This document shows, piece by piece, positions 38,714-50,041 of a stretch of 64,000 bases of DNA (positions are counted from its first letter, which is position 1; each line of letters opens with the position of its first letter). Below the pieces are notes generated by a model. The model saw only the letters and a program-made list of their open reading frames with translations. It made no database searches and was not told the DNA's origin. The position numbers were made by a program, and so were the translations under genes. Source of the DNA: Candidatus Methanomethylophilaceae archaeon (GTDB lineage Archaea > Thermoplasmatota > Thermoplasmata > Methanomassiliicoccales > Methanomethylophilaceae). The stretch spans positions 79,645-143,644 of the forward strand of contig CALUHR010000009.1 in NCBI GenBank assembly GCA_944320495.1, written 5' to 3'.

Positions 38714-40695
38714 CTGCCCCTCACCACCGCGATGTAGACGGGGTTCTGCCCGAACATGAGGTGGTACGAGCCGAGCTTCTTGGAGCGGGCGACTGTGACG
38801 TTGATGATGTCCTCCTCCACGAGCCCCAGATCCCTTATCACCTGGGCGGTCTCGGCTATGGTCTCTATGGTCACGGAGTTGATTACGATGCGGACGTCGG
38901 GGTTCTTGTCCAGCAGGCACTGCACGATCTGCTTCAGGTTGCCCGACGAACCACCGATGAACGCGTGTGTGGGGGACGGGAGGTCGGCCATCGCCTCCGG
39001 AGCCAGGCCCCTGACGATCTCCAGGTTGGGGGTCTTGAATCTTCTCTTGTTGATCTCGATGAGGTCCGCCGCGGCATCCTCCTTCTCGATGGCGTAGACC
39101 CTCCCGTTAACCGCGGTAAGGGCCATCTCGATCGACACGGACCCGGTGCCGGCGCCGACATCGTAGACGACGGAGTCGTCGCAGAGCTTGAGCTTGGCCA
39201 CGGACAGCGCGCGGACCTCCGACTTGGTCATGGGGGCATCCCCCCTGACGAACTCCTCGTCGGGTATGCCGACGGGGTTCCTCCTGTCGGGGCTCCCGTT
39301 GTAGATCATTGCCACGCACAGGTCCCCGAAGGAGTGTGCCAGCAACTCGTCCGGTGATCCTCTGACGATCCTCTCGGACGGGTATCCGAAGTCCTGGCCG
39401 ATGGCCACTTCGACGTCCATCCCGTATTCGGACAGCTGGGAGCACATGGCGTGGACGGTGTCCTCGCCGGAGAGGAGGGTGAAGACCTTCGCATGGGTGT
39501 TCGCCAGCCCCACGATGTTCGCGTCGCGGCCGTGGGCGCTGGTGACGTACGCATCGCTCCACGTGTCTCCGAGCTTCGAGGCGAAGTACACGAGGGACGA
39601 GATCCCGCATTCCACGTCGACTTCGTACTCCTCCGGGTCGAGGGCCTGCAGGAGCTTCGTAGCGCCGCTGTAGAATCCGGTGTCGCCGGAGAGCAGCACC
39701 GCTGCATCCGTGAACTGCGGATGGGAGTCCAGATACCCGCGGATGGCGTCAGCCCTGTATTCCACGAGGACCTCTTTGCTGGACGTGTCGATGGATTCCA
39801 CCATGCGTTTGGCGCCGATCACGAGGCCGCATCCGGCCACCCTCGCGGCTGCCCTCTGGGTCATGTCCCCGGGGCCCATGCCGATGCCTACGAGGGCGAC
39901 CCTGCGTCTCTCCTCCGATGGGGTCTCCGCATCCGTGTGGTCCAGTCCTAGTCTGTCGTCCAGCATCCTAACAACCTCTCCATAATCGTGGCCCGACTCG
40001 GCGGGCCTGCTGATGAGCACGATCTTCGCACCTGCGCGTCTGGCGGCGCGGACCTTCTCCTCGAATCCGCCGATCGTTCCTGAATCCTTGGTGACGAGCC
40101 ATCTCGCACCTGCGCGCCTCAGCGCGGCCAGGTTCTCCTCCTCCGTGAACGGCCCCTGGGCGGCGATGAGGTGCGACCCCTCGAATCCGAGCGACACGGC
40201 CTTCCCCATGGATTCGCCTGTGGAAAGGACGCGTGCCGTGAGTCTCTCCCGGTAGTCTGGTATCTCCGTGTACAGGTGGAGCTCGTTGGACCCGGTGGAG
40301 ACCAGGACGTTGCCCTCGGTCCCCTTCAGGAACTCCACGGCATCCTTCACGGAGGGGACCTCCACTATGTCGTCCGGCGCGCATCCGCCGTCCCTGACGA
40401 GCCTGATGCATTCGACTCCCGCCTCGGAGCACCCCTCGCGGATGTGCTCCGATATCCTCCTGGCATAGGGATGGGTGGCGTCGACGACCAGGCCGTAGCC
40501 GCAGTCGCGGATCACCCTGGCTATGCCCTCGGCCCCGCCACAGCTCCCGACCTGTACGTCCACGCCGTCCTCCTCCATGACCACTGCCCCGTACTCGGTG
40601 GCGACGCGCACATGGACGGGCACGCCTCTGGAGTGGAGGTATCTGGCTACGGCCCTGCCGTCGGCGGTCCCGGAGAAGACCAGAACGTCGGTCAT
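38710..40695 (-). CDS. cbiJET: Fused precorrin-6A reductase / C5-methyltransferase / C15-methyltransferase (CbiJ-CbiE-CbiT)
   Basis: FSGTADG, VVDATHPYA, LVTKDSG (CbiJ); VGIGMG, LLSGDTGFYSG (CbiE); PMTKSEVR, YDVGAGTGSVS (CbiT); no internal stop or CGA seen at the junctions. Confidence 0.88.
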   Translation of the reverse strand: MTDVLVFSGTADGRAVARYLHSRGVPVHVRVATEYGAVVMEEDGVDVQVGSCGGAEGIARVIRDCGYGLVVDATHPYARRISEHIREGCSEAGVECIRLVRDGGCAPDDIVEVPSVKDAVEFLKGTEGNVLVSTGSNELHLYTEIPDYRERLTARVLSTGESMGKAVSLGFEGSHLIAAQGPFTEEENLAALRRAGARWLVTKDSGTIGGFEEKVRAARRAGAKIVLISRPAESGHDYGEVVRMLDDRLGLDHTDAETPSEERRRVALVGIGMGPGDMTQRAAARVAGCGLVIGAKRMVESIDTSSKEVLVEYRADAIRGYLDSHPQFTDAAVLLSGDTGFYSGATKLLQALDPEEYEVDVECGISSLVYFASKLGDTWSDAYVTSAHGRDANIVGLANTHAKVFTLLSGEDTVHAMCSQLSEYGMDVEVAIGQDFGYPSERIVRGSPDELLAHSFGDLCVAMIYNGSPDRRNPVGIPDEEFVRGDAPMTKSEVRALSVAKLKLCDDSVVYDVGAGTGSVSIEMALTAVNGRVYAIEKEDAAADLIEINKRRFKTPNLEIVRGLAPEAMADLPSPTHAFIGGSSGNLKQIVQCLLDKNPDVRIVINSVTIETIAETAQVIRDLGLVEEDIINVTVARSKKLGSYHLMFGQNPVYIAVVRGR

Positions 40696-41720
40696 AGGAA
40701 CCTCGCCTCCACTCTCTTCGAACAGATAGCGATGGTCATGCCGTCCCTGGGGGTCTTGCGGAGCACGAACTCCTCCCCTCCGGCGATGACGGCCGAGCGC
40801 TCGCAGACGCAGTCGACGTCGGTGACGCTGCTCACGAACTCCGATCTCGAGAACTCTCCCTCGAGGGAGTTGAGCTCCTCCGCGGAATGGAACGATGCCG
40901 GCACCCTCAGGCGCCTGGCCAGCTCGAGTATGGCCTCCTCGTCCCTCTTGATGTCTATGCTGGAGACGGCGGCAACCCTCTGGCGGGCGATGCCAAGGCC
41001 ATCCAGCGTCGATTTGACGAAATCCCACAGCTTCGCGGGGTCGGTCCCGCGTTTGCAACCCACTCCCAGTACGATGTCCTGCGGCACGAGGTTGAGAGTG
41101 ACATCGAACGGCTTCTCCCCCGGATCGGATGATATGCAGACGCCCAGCTCTCCGGAGTCTGCGGGTGTTATGCCGTCCGGGAGATCGCCCCCCACGGGGA
41201 TGTTCGAGCGGAATCCCACGAACCTCCCGTCAAGAACCCTGGCCGAGACGTCCTTGGCGATGGCCATGCTGGAGATCCTCATGCCGTTCCTGGAGGCGAA
41301 GGTGTCCACCGAGAACTTCCCGTTCAGGTCCGTGGCGGTGGTGATTATCGGTTCGGAGCCCATCCTGTCCGCTATCCTGGCGGTCAGCTCGTTGCATCCG
41401 CCGATGTGTCCGGACAGGAGAGCCACCGCCCAGCGACCGTGCTCGTCCATGCAGACGACCGCGGGGTCCGTGGTCTTGCTCCTCACGTAGGGGGCGATGT
41501 ATCTCACCGCGATGCCGATGGCTCCGATGTAGACGATGGCGTCGCATTCGTTCCATGAGGCCCCGGTCCACTCGCCCACCTTGCCCTCTATCCTCTCTAC
41601 GCCAAGGCTGTCCGACGTGGTCTTGCAGTAGATCCTGACGTCGTCCTCCCTCAGCGCCTCCTTGAGCCTCAGCGCCGTCCTGCACCCGTTGGTGGAGAAG
41701 GCGACCGCGTCGATCCGCAT
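40692..41720 (-). CDS. cbiG: Cobalt-precorrin-5A hydrolase
   Basis: GAIGIAVRYIAP, SKTTDPAVV, LLSGHIGG, ITTATD, LGVGCKRG, VCERSA. Confidence 0.92.
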   Translation of the reverse strand: MRIDAVAFSTNGCRTALRLKEALREDDVRIYCKTTSDSLGVERIEGKVGEWTGASWNECDAIVYIGAIGIAVRYIAPYVRSKTTDPAVVCMDEHGRWAVALLSGHIGGCNELTARIADRMGSEPIITTATDLNGKFSVDTFASRNGMRISSMAIAKDVSARVLDGRFVGFRSNIPVGGDLPDGITPADSGELGVCISSDPGEKPFDVTLNLVPQDIVLGVGCKRGTDPAKLWDFVKSTLDGLGIARQRVAAVSSIDIKRDEEAILELARRLRVPASFHSAEELNSLEGEFSRSEFVSSVTDVDCVCERSAVIAGGEEFVLRKTPRDGMTIAICSKRVEARFL

Positions 41721-42865
41721 CGCAGCTCCCTCCTGACCTCGTCGAGGAGCTCGTCCGCCAGGCTCGTCTTGCCCAGCAGTCCGTATGCCGACGAGAACAT
41801 CACAGCCCCCGTCCGGATCCTTCCGCCAGTGCGGTGGTTCATATGGAACTCTATCTTCTCGACAAGGAGCTTCGAGACCTCGGGGATCAGCCCCTCCCTG
41901 TCGATCACGTCCAGGGCGTCGTCCGTGGATATGCACCCCATGATCTCCCTGACGCAGTCCATCGACGCTCCCGCAATCGCCGCGTTGGCGGCGAGGATCT
42001 CCATCCTGGCATCGGCGTTGCGCGAATGCGTGTTCATGATGCCGCCGGCGAGCTTGACCATCTTGCCCAGATTGGATACGAGGACGATGTCCACGCCCAG
42101 CTCCACCGCGCAGTCGAGCATCTCGCCGACGAAGTTGCTGCATTTGACGGCGAACTCGGGGTCGATCCCGTCGATCCCCTCGGAGAAGTCCCTGCCGTAA
42201 TTGCCAGGCACAACCAGCAGAACCTTGTTGCCGTCGGCGGCGCGCACCCTCATCTCGGTGCGGATAGTCTCCACCAGGGCGGTCTCGCTCATCGGCTCCA
42301 CTATGCCGCTCGTCCCGAGGATGGAGATCCCCCCCTCGATTCCGAGGCGGGGGTTGAACGTCCTCTCCGCAATCTCCGTTCCAGCCGGGACGGATATGAC
42401 CGCCCTCAGGCCCCCGGTGTATCCCATCGCGGATGACACGTCCTCCAGGGCCTCGCGGATCATGGACCTCGGGACGCGGTTTATGGCGGCGTTGCCAGGC
42501 GGCTGGTCGAGCCCCTTGCGGGTCACCCTTCCGACCCCGACTCCGCCGTCTATCTCGATCCCCTCGGGGATCATGGACACCTCAGAATAGACGAGAGCAC
42601 CGTGGGTGGCGTCGATGTCGTCGCCGCCGTCCTTCCTGACGGCACAGGATGCCGTTTCCCCATCGATCCTGAGGTCCTCGACGGGCAGGTCCAGGACTAT
42701 GCCCTTGGGGGTCGTGATGCTGACCGTCTCCACGGGAGTTCCCAGGAGCGCCATCGCCGCCGCCTTGCTGGCAGCGGTCGCGCAGGTCCCGGTGGTGTGG
42801 CCCCTTCTAAGACGCTTGTTGTTCACATAGACGTACATCTCGTCGGGTCTGGGGCCTAGGGTCAT
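41720..42865 (-). CDS. cbiD: Cobalt-precorrin-5B C1-methyltransferase
   Basis: LRRGHTTGTCATAA, KDGGDDIDATHG, TFNPRLGIEGGISILGTSG; ends RREL-CGA sharing its A with the cbiG ATG; standard-code end 41669. Confidence 0.93.
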
Positions 42866-42948
42866 CTCTCGTCTCCTGCAGTTGGATGAATATACCAACA
42901 CTTATATTATTCCCGACGCTACCCTGAAAGCAGGAAGAGTGGTCTGTG

Positions 42949-43665
42949 ATGGCTGGAAAGCTTTACGGAATCGGCGTCGGACCCGGGGATCCCGGTCTCC
43001 TGACGCTCAGGGCCAAGGAGATCCTTGACGGATGCGGGATCATCGCGTATCCCGTTCGCAAACTCGGGGAGGGTAGCACGGCCTTCGACATCATCAAACA
43101 GGTCGTGGACGTCTCCGAGAAGAGCGTCGAGGAGTTCCTCTTCGACATGAACCCCGACGATTCCGTCCGCGAGAGATGCCGCGAGGAGGCCATGGAGAAG
43201 ATGTGCATGCTCCTGGACAACGGGGAGGACATAGCCATGGTCACCCTCGGGGACGCGGGCGTGTACAGCACCTACATGTACATCGACGCCGAGATCAGGT
43301 CCCGCGGATACGAGACCGAGGTCATCCCAGGGATCCCGTCCTTCTGTCACGGTGCCGCCCTGGCCGGCGTTCCGCTCATGATAGGGAACGAGGGCCTCGC
43401 CGTCGTGCCCGTCGCCAAGGAGAACACCGCTCTTCTGAGGGACGCCCTCCGGAACTTCGACAACGTCGTGGTCATGAAGGCGTTCAAGTCCATGCCCCTC
43501 ATAGCCGAGACCATGGACGAGTTCGGCATCCCCCGCGAGGGTGCCACCGTTGTGAGCAACGTCGGGATGGAGGGCGAGTACATCGGCCCCATGGACGACG
43601 ACCGCAAGTACGGCTACTTCACGACGGTCATCATCAAGAAGAACAAGGGAGGCAGAGAGATATGA
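42949..43665 (+). CDS. cbiL: Cobalt-precorrin-2 C20-methyltransferase
   Basis: LYGIGVGPGDPGLLT, TLGDAGVYSTY, VIPGIPS. Confidence 0.9.
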   Translation: MAGKLYGIGVGPGDPGLLTLRAKEILDGCGIIAYPVRKLGEGSTAFDIIKQVVDVSEKSVEEFLFDMNPDDSVRERCREEAMEKMCMLLDNGEDIAMVTLGDAGVYSTYMYIDAEIRSRGYETEVIPGIPSFCHGAALAGVPLMIGNEGLAVVPVAKENTALLRDALRNFDNVVVMKAFKSMPLIAETMDEFGIPREGATVVSNVGMEGEYIGPMDDDRKYGYFTTVIIKKNKGGREI

Positions 43666-44417
43666 TCTCGTTCATCGGAGCCGGACCCGGGGACCCGGAG
43701 CTCATCACAATAAAGGGAAAGAGGCTTATCGAGCAGGCAGACGTAATCATCTACGCCGGATCGCTGGTCAACCCGGACGTTCTGGAGGGCCACAAGGCCG
43801 GCGCGGAGATCTACAACAGCGCCCTGATGGACCTCGACGAGGTCATCGCCGTCATGGAGAAGGCCGAGAGGGAGGGCAGGAAGGTCGTGCGCGTGCACAC
43901 CGGGGACCCCGCCATCTACGGCGCCCACAGGGAGCAGATGGACAGGCTCGACGAGCTCGGGATAACCTACGAGGTCATCCCCGGCGTGTCCTCCGCCTTC
44001 GCCACCGCGGCCGCCCTAAACGCGGAGTACACGCTCCCCGGGAGGAGCCAGACCGTCATATTCACCAGGATGGAGGGGAGGACCCCCATGCCGGAGCGCG
44101 AGAAGCTCCCGGACCTGGCGAGACACCACGCCACCATGGTCATCTTCCTGTCCATCGGATTCATGGACGAGATGGCCAGACAGCTCCAGGAAGGCGGATA
44201 CGAGCCCACCACGCCCGTCGCCGTGGTCTACAAGGCGTCCTGGCCGGACCAGAGGATCGTCCGCGGGACCCTGCAGGACATCGCCCAGAAGGTCAAGGAT
44301 GCGGGCATCACGAAGACCGCCCTGACGGTCGTCGGCGAGTTCCTCTGCGAGGACCACGAGCTCTCCAAGCTCTACGACAAGCACTTCACAACCGAGTTCC
44401 GCAAGGCGAAGGAGTGA
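43662..44417 (+). CDS. cbiF: Cobalt-precorrin-4 C11-methyltransferase
   Basis: FIGAGPGDPELIT, YAGSLV, RVHTGDPAIYGA, PGVSS. Confidence 0.94.
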   Translation: MISFIGAGPGDPELITIKGKRLIEQADVIIYAGSLVNPDVLEGHKAGAEIYNSALMDLDEVIAVMEKAEREGRKVVRVHTGDPAIYGAHREQMDRLDELGITYEVIPGVSSAFATAAALNAEYTLPGRSQTVIFTRMEGRTPMPEREKLPDLARHHATMVIFLSIGFMDEMARQLQEGGYEPTTPVAVVYKASWPDQRIVRGTLQDIAQKVKDAGITKTALTVVGEFLCEDHELSKLYDKHFTTEFRKAKE

Positions 44418-44422
44418 TCCGG

Positions 44423-45172
44423 ATGGCGAAGGGAAGGCTACACGTGGTCGGGTTCGGACCCGGCGGGAAGGACGACATGACGTTCCGCGCCGCGCGTGTC
44501 ATAGAGAACGCCGACGTGGTCACCGGATACACGACGTACATCAATCTCCTGAGGCCGATCTTCCCGGACAAGGTCTACAAGGCCACCGGGATGATGAAGG
44601 AGGTCGAGCGCTGCAGGATGGCCATAGAGGACGCCGTGTCCGGGAAGGACGTGGCGATGGTATCATCCGGAGACTCCGGCATCTACGGCATGGCGGGGAT
44701 CATCTATCAGCTGGCGGACGAGATGGGCGCCGACATCGAGATCGACACCGTCCCCGGCATCACCGCCGCATCGTCTGCCGCATCCATCCTGGGCGCACCG
44801 CTGATGCACGATCTGGTCATCGTCAGCCTGTCGGACCTGATGACGCCCCTGGACCTGATCATGGACAGGGTCGGGAAGGCGGCCGAGGGCGACTTCATCA
44901 CATGCATCTACAATCCCAAGAGCAAGACCAGGACCGAGTACCTGGGCATGGCGAGGGACATCCTTCTGAAGCACCGCTCGCCGGAGACCCCGGTCGGCAT
45001 CGTCAGGAACGCCGGCAGGGAGGACCAATCGAGCAAGGTCACCACCCTGGGCGGTCTCGACCCCGCGGACGTGGACATGTTCTGCATCGTGATCGTCGGG
45101 AACTCGCAGACGTACGTGTCCAACGGCCGCATGATCACACCCAGGGGCTACAGGATCCAGGGAGGCGAGCGA
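44423..45172 (+). CDS. cbiH: Cobalt-precorrin-3B C17-methyltransferase
   Basis: VVGFGPG, SSGDSGIYGMAG, PLMHD, SLSDLMTP, YNPKSK, TPRGY; ends IQGGE-CGA (45170-45172); standard-code end 45355. Confidence 0.93.
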
Positions 45173-45173
45173 T

Positions 45174-45815
45174 TTGACCATCGAGATAGTGAGACCCGAG
45201 GACATCGAGAAGCGCAGCATGGAGATCATAACATCGGAGCTCAACGGCCGCACCTGGCCGGAGCCCCAGTTCTCCATCGTGAAGAGGTGCATCCACACCT
45301 CCGCCGACTTCGACTACGCGGACAACCTGGTGTTCTCCGACGGGGCGGCGGATAAGGGCGTCGCCGCCATCCGCGCCGGTGCGGACATCGTCACGGACAC
45401 CAAGATGGCCGCCGCGGGCATCAACAAGAGGAAACTCGGGGCCTACGGGGGGAGCGTCCACTGCTACATCAGCGACGAGGACGTCATGGCTGAGGCCAAG
45501 GGCCGCGGATGCACCCGCGCGACCATCTGCATGGAGCGCGGCGCGGACGTCGGCATGGAGAGGCCCGTCATCTTCGCGATAGGCAACGCGCCTACCGCGC
45601 TGGTGAGGCTCTGCGAGCTGGTGGAGGAGGGCAGGGTGAAACCTGCTCTCGTCATCGGTGCGCCCGTCGGATTCGTCAACGTCGTCGAGTCCAAGGAGAT
45701 GACCATGGAGACCATGGAGAGGCACGGCATCCCGTACATCGTCCCCAAGGGCAGGAAGGGCGGCTCCAACATCGCGGCCACCATATGCAACTCGATGATC
45801 TACTTCAAGGGTTGA
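45174..45815 (+). CDS. cbiC: Cobalt-precorrin-8 methylmutase
   Basis: PEDIEKRS, RCIHTSADF, IGNAPTAL, GAPVGFVNV, RKGGSNIAA; TTG start 1 nt after the cbiH CGA. Confidence 0.94.
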   Translation: MTIEIVRPEDIEKRSMEIITSELNGRTWPEPQFSIVKRCIHTSADFDYADNLVFSDGAADKGVAAIRAGADIVTDTKMAAAGINKRKLGAYGGSVHCYISDEDVMAEAKGRGCTRATICMERGADVGMERPVIFAIGNAPTALVRLCELVEEGRVKPALVIGAPVGFVNVVESKEMTMETMERHGIPYIVPKGRKGGSNIAATICNSMIYFKG

Positions 45816-45868
45816 AGATCGAAGGAAACCCATTACGGCGCTCCGGCGCCGGTTTCTCCAATCAGAGA

Positions 45869-46885
45869 TCAGGGCGCATCCGATGGCCGGGACTCCGTCC
45901 CGTCGGCATAGCGTATGAACCTCCCGGTTCCCAGAGGCTGGGCCTTGTCGATGATGTCCCAGGGCCATTCGAGGAACTCGTTCCTGCGGATCTCGTCGAG
46001 CGCCCTGCGGACGTCCTTCAGGTCCCCCAGGTAGACCGGGCCGTACGAAGCCATCTTCTGGCCGATCGGCCTCCCCTCAAGGAGCCAGAACACGGATTCG
46101 GTGTCCCCGTTCTCTATGGTGAATCCGCCGAGGTCCGAGAACTTCATCCTCGTGTAGAAGTCGACTTCGGTGTCGCAGACCTTCGCCTTGTCCCCCGACA
46201 CGAAGTAGAGGTTCCTTCTCGCCCCGTCGGCGGCGGGGTCCACATCCATGCGGGCCCCGGGATCCATCCTGATGCGGAGGATCCTCACTCCGTTGGCGAT
46301 CCGGGCGTATGATGTGGAGCTGGGGGATTCCGCCTCCCTGCCTCCGAACCTCCCGCAGACGACCTTGACGTCCCATCCGTCCTCCGAGATGACGGGGACG
46401 TCCCCGCTCCATACGGTGCTGACCGAATTGGGACTGTTCTTCATCTCCAGCGGCAGGTTCACCATGATCTGGGTGATGTCATTGGGGTTTCTGTCCTCCT
46501 GATTGACCAGAGGGTACATCTCGCAGTGCTCGTACTTCGACGACGCGGAAACCCATTGCACGTCCCCGAAGCCGAATCTCCCTTGGATCCCCTCGGTGTC
46601 GAAGTGGTCCACGTAGCCCTTCTCTGCGAGGGTGACGGTCTCGTAGCCCCAGTGGGCGTGCATCGGGAACCCGGGCACGACCTTCCCGTGGTACATCCTG
46701 AACCCGAGGCGCTGAGTGTAGTCCCTGCCGAGGTTCCTTCCCGAGATCTCGTTCAGAGGGGGAGCCTGCTGGCGGTTCCCATGAGGGTAGTCGTCCTCGT
46801 GATGGGATGCGAAGATGAAAGGGTCCTCGGTGTCCCAGTGCATCCCGAGCCCCGATGTCTTGAACGGCTTCCTCCCGGAGAACAT
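45869..46885 (-). CDS. Pirin family protein
   Basis: DPFIFASHH, GFPMHAHWGYETVT, GDVQW, HCEM, GPVYL. Confidence 0.88.
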   Translation of the reverse strand: MFSGRKPFKTSGLGMHWDTEDPFIFASHHEDDYPHGNRQQAPPLNEISGRNLGRDYTQRLGFRMYHGKVVPGFPMHAHWGYETVTLAEKGYVDHFDTEGIQGRFGFGDVQWVSASSKYEHCEMYPLVNQEDRNPNDITQIMVNLPLEMKNSPNSVSTVWSGDVPVISEDGWDVKVVCGRFGGREAESPSSTSYARIANGVRILRIRMDPGARMDVDPAADGARRNLYFVSGDKAKVCDTEVDFYTRMKFSDLGGFTIENGDTESVFWLLEGRPIGQKMASYGPVYLGDLKDVRRALDEIRRNEFLEWPWDIIDKAQPLGTGRFIRYADGTESRPSDAP

Positions 46886-46965
46886 GGAATCGCCATGCGC
46901 GTCGACGATTTAAACCGACCTGCGGGCGTCCCCGATATATACGTAGGGTGCCATGAGGAACGTCC

Positions 46966-47673
46966 ATGGACGGCACCCGTCTCAACAAGTACATCAGCGA
47001 GGCCGGCGTGGCCTCCCGCCGTGCGGCGGACAGGATGATAGAGGAGGGGAGGGTGACCATCAACGGGCGCGTGGCCGTCGTCGGGGACAGGGTCTCCGAA
47101 GGGGACGTTGTTCGCGTGGACGGCAGAGAGGTCTCCGCCAAGGGCGGCGATGTCATCATCGCGCTGAACAAGCCCCGTGGGATAACGTGCACGTCCAGCC
47201 CCGACGATCCGGACAACGTCATCGACTTCATCGGGTATCCAGAGAGGATATACTCGATCGGACGTTTGGACAAGGATTCGGAGGGACTCCTCCTTCTGAC
47301 CAACAACGGAGAGCTCGCCAACGCGATAATGAGGTCCCGCGGCGAGCACGAGAAGGAGTATCTGGTCACGGTGGACCACGACATCACGGACGCCTTCATC
47401 AAGAGGATGTCGTCCGGGGTCGAGATCCTCGGAAGGGTGACCAAGAGGTGCGAGGTCGAGAGGGTCTCAGACAGGGAGTTCCGCATCGTCCTGAGGCAGG
47501 GTCTCAACAGACAGATCCGCAGGATGTGCGGCACCCTGGGATACACTGTCCTGACGCTCAGGCGCGTCCGCATCATGAACGTCCGGCTGGGAGACCTGCC
47601 AGTCGGCAAGTACAGGGACCTGACGGATGAGGAGAGGGATGAGCTATGCAGGCAGGCGCTGGGTTCGAAGTGA
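46966..47673 (+). CDS. RluF/RsuA family pseudouridine synthase
   Basis: S4 domain RLNKYISEAGVASRR, NKPRG, IGRLDKDSEGLLLLTN, GLNRQIRRM. Confidence 0.92.
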   Translation: MDGTRLNKYISEAGVASRRAADRMIEEGRVTINGRVAVVGDRVSEGDVVRVDGREVSAKGGDVIIALNKPRGITCTSSPDDPDNVIDFIGYPERIYSIGRLDKDSEGLLLLTNNGELANAIMRSRGEHEKEYLVTVDHDITDAFIKRMSSGVEILGRVTKRCEVERVSDREFRIVLRQGLNRQIRRMCGTLGYTVLTLRRVRIMNVRLGDLPVGKYRDLTDEERDELCRQALGSK

Positions 47674-48230
47674 GGGAGATAACGATCGAGGACATACCGT
47701 TCCTCACGCCGATAGGCAAGGGTCAGCTCGGGGTGGACTACATCTCCGACGAGGACTTCGAGAAGGCCATCTCCGATCCGGGGCAGTTCTGTCTCATCCC
47801 CGTCGTGGACGGCGTCCCCTCTGGATTCGCCATATGCAAGGAGTTCGGCCCCGAGTCCGAGCCCGAGGCGCTGGCGCTCCCAGATTCTGGATACAGGGAC
47901 TGGGTCAGGTCCAGGAGCAGGATCGGCCTGGTGGACTCCGTCGCCCTGTCCCCGTCGGTCGGCGGAAGGGGGATCGGCAAGGCCCTCTGCGAGGCCTGTC
48001 TGGAGAGGTTCTCCGAGGACGGGTGCGATTCCGCGGTGTCGATGGCGTGGGTCCATGAGGACGGCGTCGAGCCCATCAGGAAGGCGCTCACGCAGTCCGG
48101 TTTCGAGAGGACCGACCTCGTCATACGCGGCTACTGGAACTCCTGGGTCGACACCGAGGGGGGACACATGTGCCCCTACTGCGGCTCGCCGTGCAGGTGC
48201 TCCGGAGCCCTGTGGCGGAGATCGCTCTGA
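47670..48230 (+). CDS. GNAT-like acetyltransferase with C-terminal Cys motif
   Basis: DSVAL...GGRGIGKAL motif A; CPYCGSPCRC; GTGA overlap with upstream gene. Confidence 0.75.
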   Translation: MREITIEDIPFLTPIGKGQLGVDYISDEDFEKAISDPGQFCLIPVVDGVPSGFAICKEFGPESEPEALALPDSGYRDWVRSRSRIGLVDSVALSPSVGGRGIGKALCEACLERFSEDGCDSAVSMAWVHEDGVEPIRKALTQSGFERTDLVIRGYWNSWVDTEGGHMCPYCGSPCRCSGALWRRSL

Positions 48231-49142
48231 CACCCTGGCCGACAGCCATGCGCCGATGTCGGCATAGACCTCGTCGCGGTTGGTCTCGTTCATCAGCTCG
48301 TGCCTCGCACCATCGTAGAGCTTCATCTCGGGGTGCAGGCCCGCCTTCTCCAGGAGCCTTCTGGCCTTCTCGACGCCCTTCCCGTCGTCGCCGACCGGAT
48401 CCTTCGATCCGGACAGCAGGATGACCGGGAGGCCCTTCGGGATCCTATCGATGTCCTGACCGCTCACATCCTTTCTGATGAGCGTGAAAAGGTCCCTGTA
48501 GCCGGAAACGGTGAATTTGAAGCTACAGAACGGGTCCGAGTTGTATGCCTCGATGGCCGCAGGGTCACGGGAGAGCCAGCGATTCCTCATGTCAGGCTCC
48601 CTGAACCTCTTGTCGTAGTTCTCAAGCACCATCCTGTTCAGCATGGGGCTGACGTAACGGGGCCCCTTCATCCTGACCAGGGTCTGGGCCAGGAATCTGG
48701 CGAATCCGACCACTGCAGGGGGCTGGTTGCCAGTGCCCACCAGGATGACGCCGTCGACCATGTCGCCGTAGCGGGTGATGTAGCGTCTGACCACATAGGA
48801 GCCCATGCTGTGGCCGAGGATGAAATGTGGTACGCCCGGGTGATCGGAGTCGATGCGCTGGGTCACCAGGTACAGGTCCTCCACGAGATGCTCGTCCCCG
48901 TCGGATTCGGCGATGGTGCCGTGGTCGTCGGGGCTCGTCCTCCCGTGTCCCAGATGGTCGTGCCCTATGACCGCGATGCCGAGGACGTTGAGATGGAGTG
49001 CCAGCGGTTCGTATCTGGCTATGTGCTCTATCATGCCGTGGGCGATCTGCAGTGTGGCTATCGGGGATTCGGGGGACCATTCCATGCAGTGGAGGTCAGT
49101 TCCGACGACCGATGACGGGACGGTGAACTCACGGAGGGACAT
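48222..49142 (-). CDS. Alpha/beta hydrolase (lysophospholipase family)
   Basis: IAHGMIEH, GHDHLGHG, GHSMGS, SGSKDPVG, ARHELMNE; ends ARVSE-CGA (48224-48222); standard-code ORF runs on to 46479. Confidence 0.9.
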
Positions 49143-49262
49143 GGTGGATACCATGATATGCACACTTAAAAACGGCATCAGGGAAGCTTCGTGTCCGGAC
49201 GAAGCATCGGTGTTACGAATTGTTATCAAAATATTAATATCGTCATAACCGTAGCCGAGGCC

Positions 49263-50036
49263 ATGCGCAGGATAGCCGTCTACGGCAAGGGCGGGATAGG
49301 GAAATCGACCACCGTGGGCAACGTCTCCGCGGCGATGGCGGAGTCGGGCCTCAGGGTGATGCAGATCGGCTGCGATCCCAAGGCCGATTCCACCCGTGCC
49401 GTGGCCGGCAGGGCGATACCTACCGTTCTGGACAAGATCCGCGACGATCCCGATGCGGAGCTCGGGGACCTGGTCCACGAGGGCCGCGGGGGAGTTCTCT
49501 GCGTCGAGTGCGGCGGACCCCGTCCGGGCCGTGGATGCGCCGGCAGAGGGATCATAGCCGCGTTCGAGAAGCTGGAGGAGCTGGACGCAATCGGCACCTA
49601 CCATCCGGACGTCATCCTCTATGACGTTCTCGGTGACGTGGTGTGCGGTGGGTTCGCCATGCCCATCCGCAACGGCTACGCCCGCGACGTGTTCGTGGTG
49701 ACATCCGGGGAGATGATGTCACTCTACGCGGCCAGCAACATCGCCGGGGCGGTGGCGGACATGAGGAACGAGGGATACGCCAGGCTGGGCGGGCTGATCC
49801 AGAACTCCCGCGGCGTGAGGGACGAGGACTCGCTCGTCGACCGCGCCGCGTCGGAGATGGGCGTGCCCGTAATCATGAGGCTCCCCAGGGACCCGTCCGT
49901 CCAGAGGTGCGAGGAGGCCGTCACCACGGTCGTATCGGGGGAGCCCGACTCGCCCATGGCCTCGAACTACAGGGAGCTGGCCAAACGCATCCTCTCGGCA
50001 TCCGAGGACGTCGAGGGCGGTATGAGACTGGAGCGA
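49263..50036 (+). CDS. cfbC: Ni-sirohydrochlorin a,c-diamide reductive cyclase ATPase subunit (NifH-like)
   Basis: [44 protein letters not shown]; CGA 50034-50036, TGA at 50045. Confidence 0.85.
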
Positions 50037-50041
50037 TTCCT

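Noticed and set aside
37160-42950. Cobalamin riboswitch near the cbi operons
   Set aside because: No B12-box consensus seen; the cbiD-cbiL intergenic region is only ~80 nt.
46479-49604. 1041-aa minus-strand ORF
   Set aside because: Only 49142-48222 is a real hydrolase; the rest is read-through past CGA into the antisense of the GNAT and pseudouridine synthase genes, plus upstream intergenic DNA.
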